Part shown: one piece after another, positions 63,757-64,000 of the stretch
Layout: every line of letters begins with the position of its first letter
Numbering within the stretch: the first letter of the stretch is position 1
From: an uncultured Nitrososphaerales archaeon
Lineage (GTDB): Archaea; Thermoproteota; Nitrososphaeria; Nitrososphaerales; Nitrososphaeraceae
Direction of reading: 5' to 3'
Length of the DNA: 64,000 bases
Assembly (NCBI GenBank): GCA_963713605.1
Contig: CAVQMO010000001.1
Location: 800,001-864,000 of the forward strand
The notes under the pieces: model-generated
Told to the model about the DNA's origin: nothing
Databases searched by the model: none
The model's input: the letters and a program-made list of their open reading frames with translations, nothing else
Program-made: the position numbers and the translations under genes

Positions 63757-64000
63757 CTAATAGAGCCTAGAGCCCTCACGGACTTCCTGAGCGGATTCAG
63801 GGTCTTTTGAGGCATAGTATTCTACCATACCCATCTTGAGTACCTTCAGAGAGAGTAGCGCACACTTTATTCTTGCTGGCCCTAAGTTCATCAGGCCGAT
63901 ATTTTCAAGAATGTCGTTCTTACCTAATTCCTTAACAGATGTCAGCGACTTGTTCATCACCATCTCGGTGAGCATTGATGCACTAGCCTGACTTATTGCG
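63757..64000 (-). CDS. iscU: IscU/SufU/NifU-type Fe-S scaffold, C-terminal part (5' end outside window)
   Basis: ISQASASMLTE...LGPARIKCALL. Confidence 0.9.
   Translation of the reverse strand, partial: AISQASASMLTEMVMNKSLTSVKELGKNDILENIGLMNLGPARIKCALLSLKVLKMGMVEYYASKDPESAQEVREGSRLY

Overview
A 64 kb archaeal chromosomal segment, almost certainly from an ammonia-oxidising archaeon (Nitrososphaerota, probably Nitrososphaeraceae-like). The markers are a eukaryote-type DNA topoisomerase IB, an ADP-forming 3-hydroxypropionyl-CoA synthetase-type ligase, cofG/cofH, a stand-alone 5S rRNA and an intron-containing tRNA-His. Most content is housekeeping: tRNA synthetases, KEOPS, ribosomal proteins, non-oxidative pentose phosphate enzymes, GlmS, ABCE1 and Fe-S assembly. 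About 20 genes, several of them essential, are split by single-base frameshifts that are most simply explained as sequencing or assembly indels, so split ORFs are merged below. The best new candidate is a 57-codon ORF absent from the ORF track (10695..10868, minus strand). It resembles an NHLP-clan RiPP leader and sits head-to-head with a translationally coupled ycaO-tfuA pair, suggesting a thioamide-installing system in a non-methanogen. Other points of interest are a catalytically degenerate PurF paralogue, a double MoxR-AAA/VWA cluster, a transketolase-N/Rpe fusion, a zinc-finger-ferredoxin fusion, a repeat-expanded secreted protein and a possible virus/plasmid remnant near the right end. 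Family assignments come from motif recognition only; no database searches were run.
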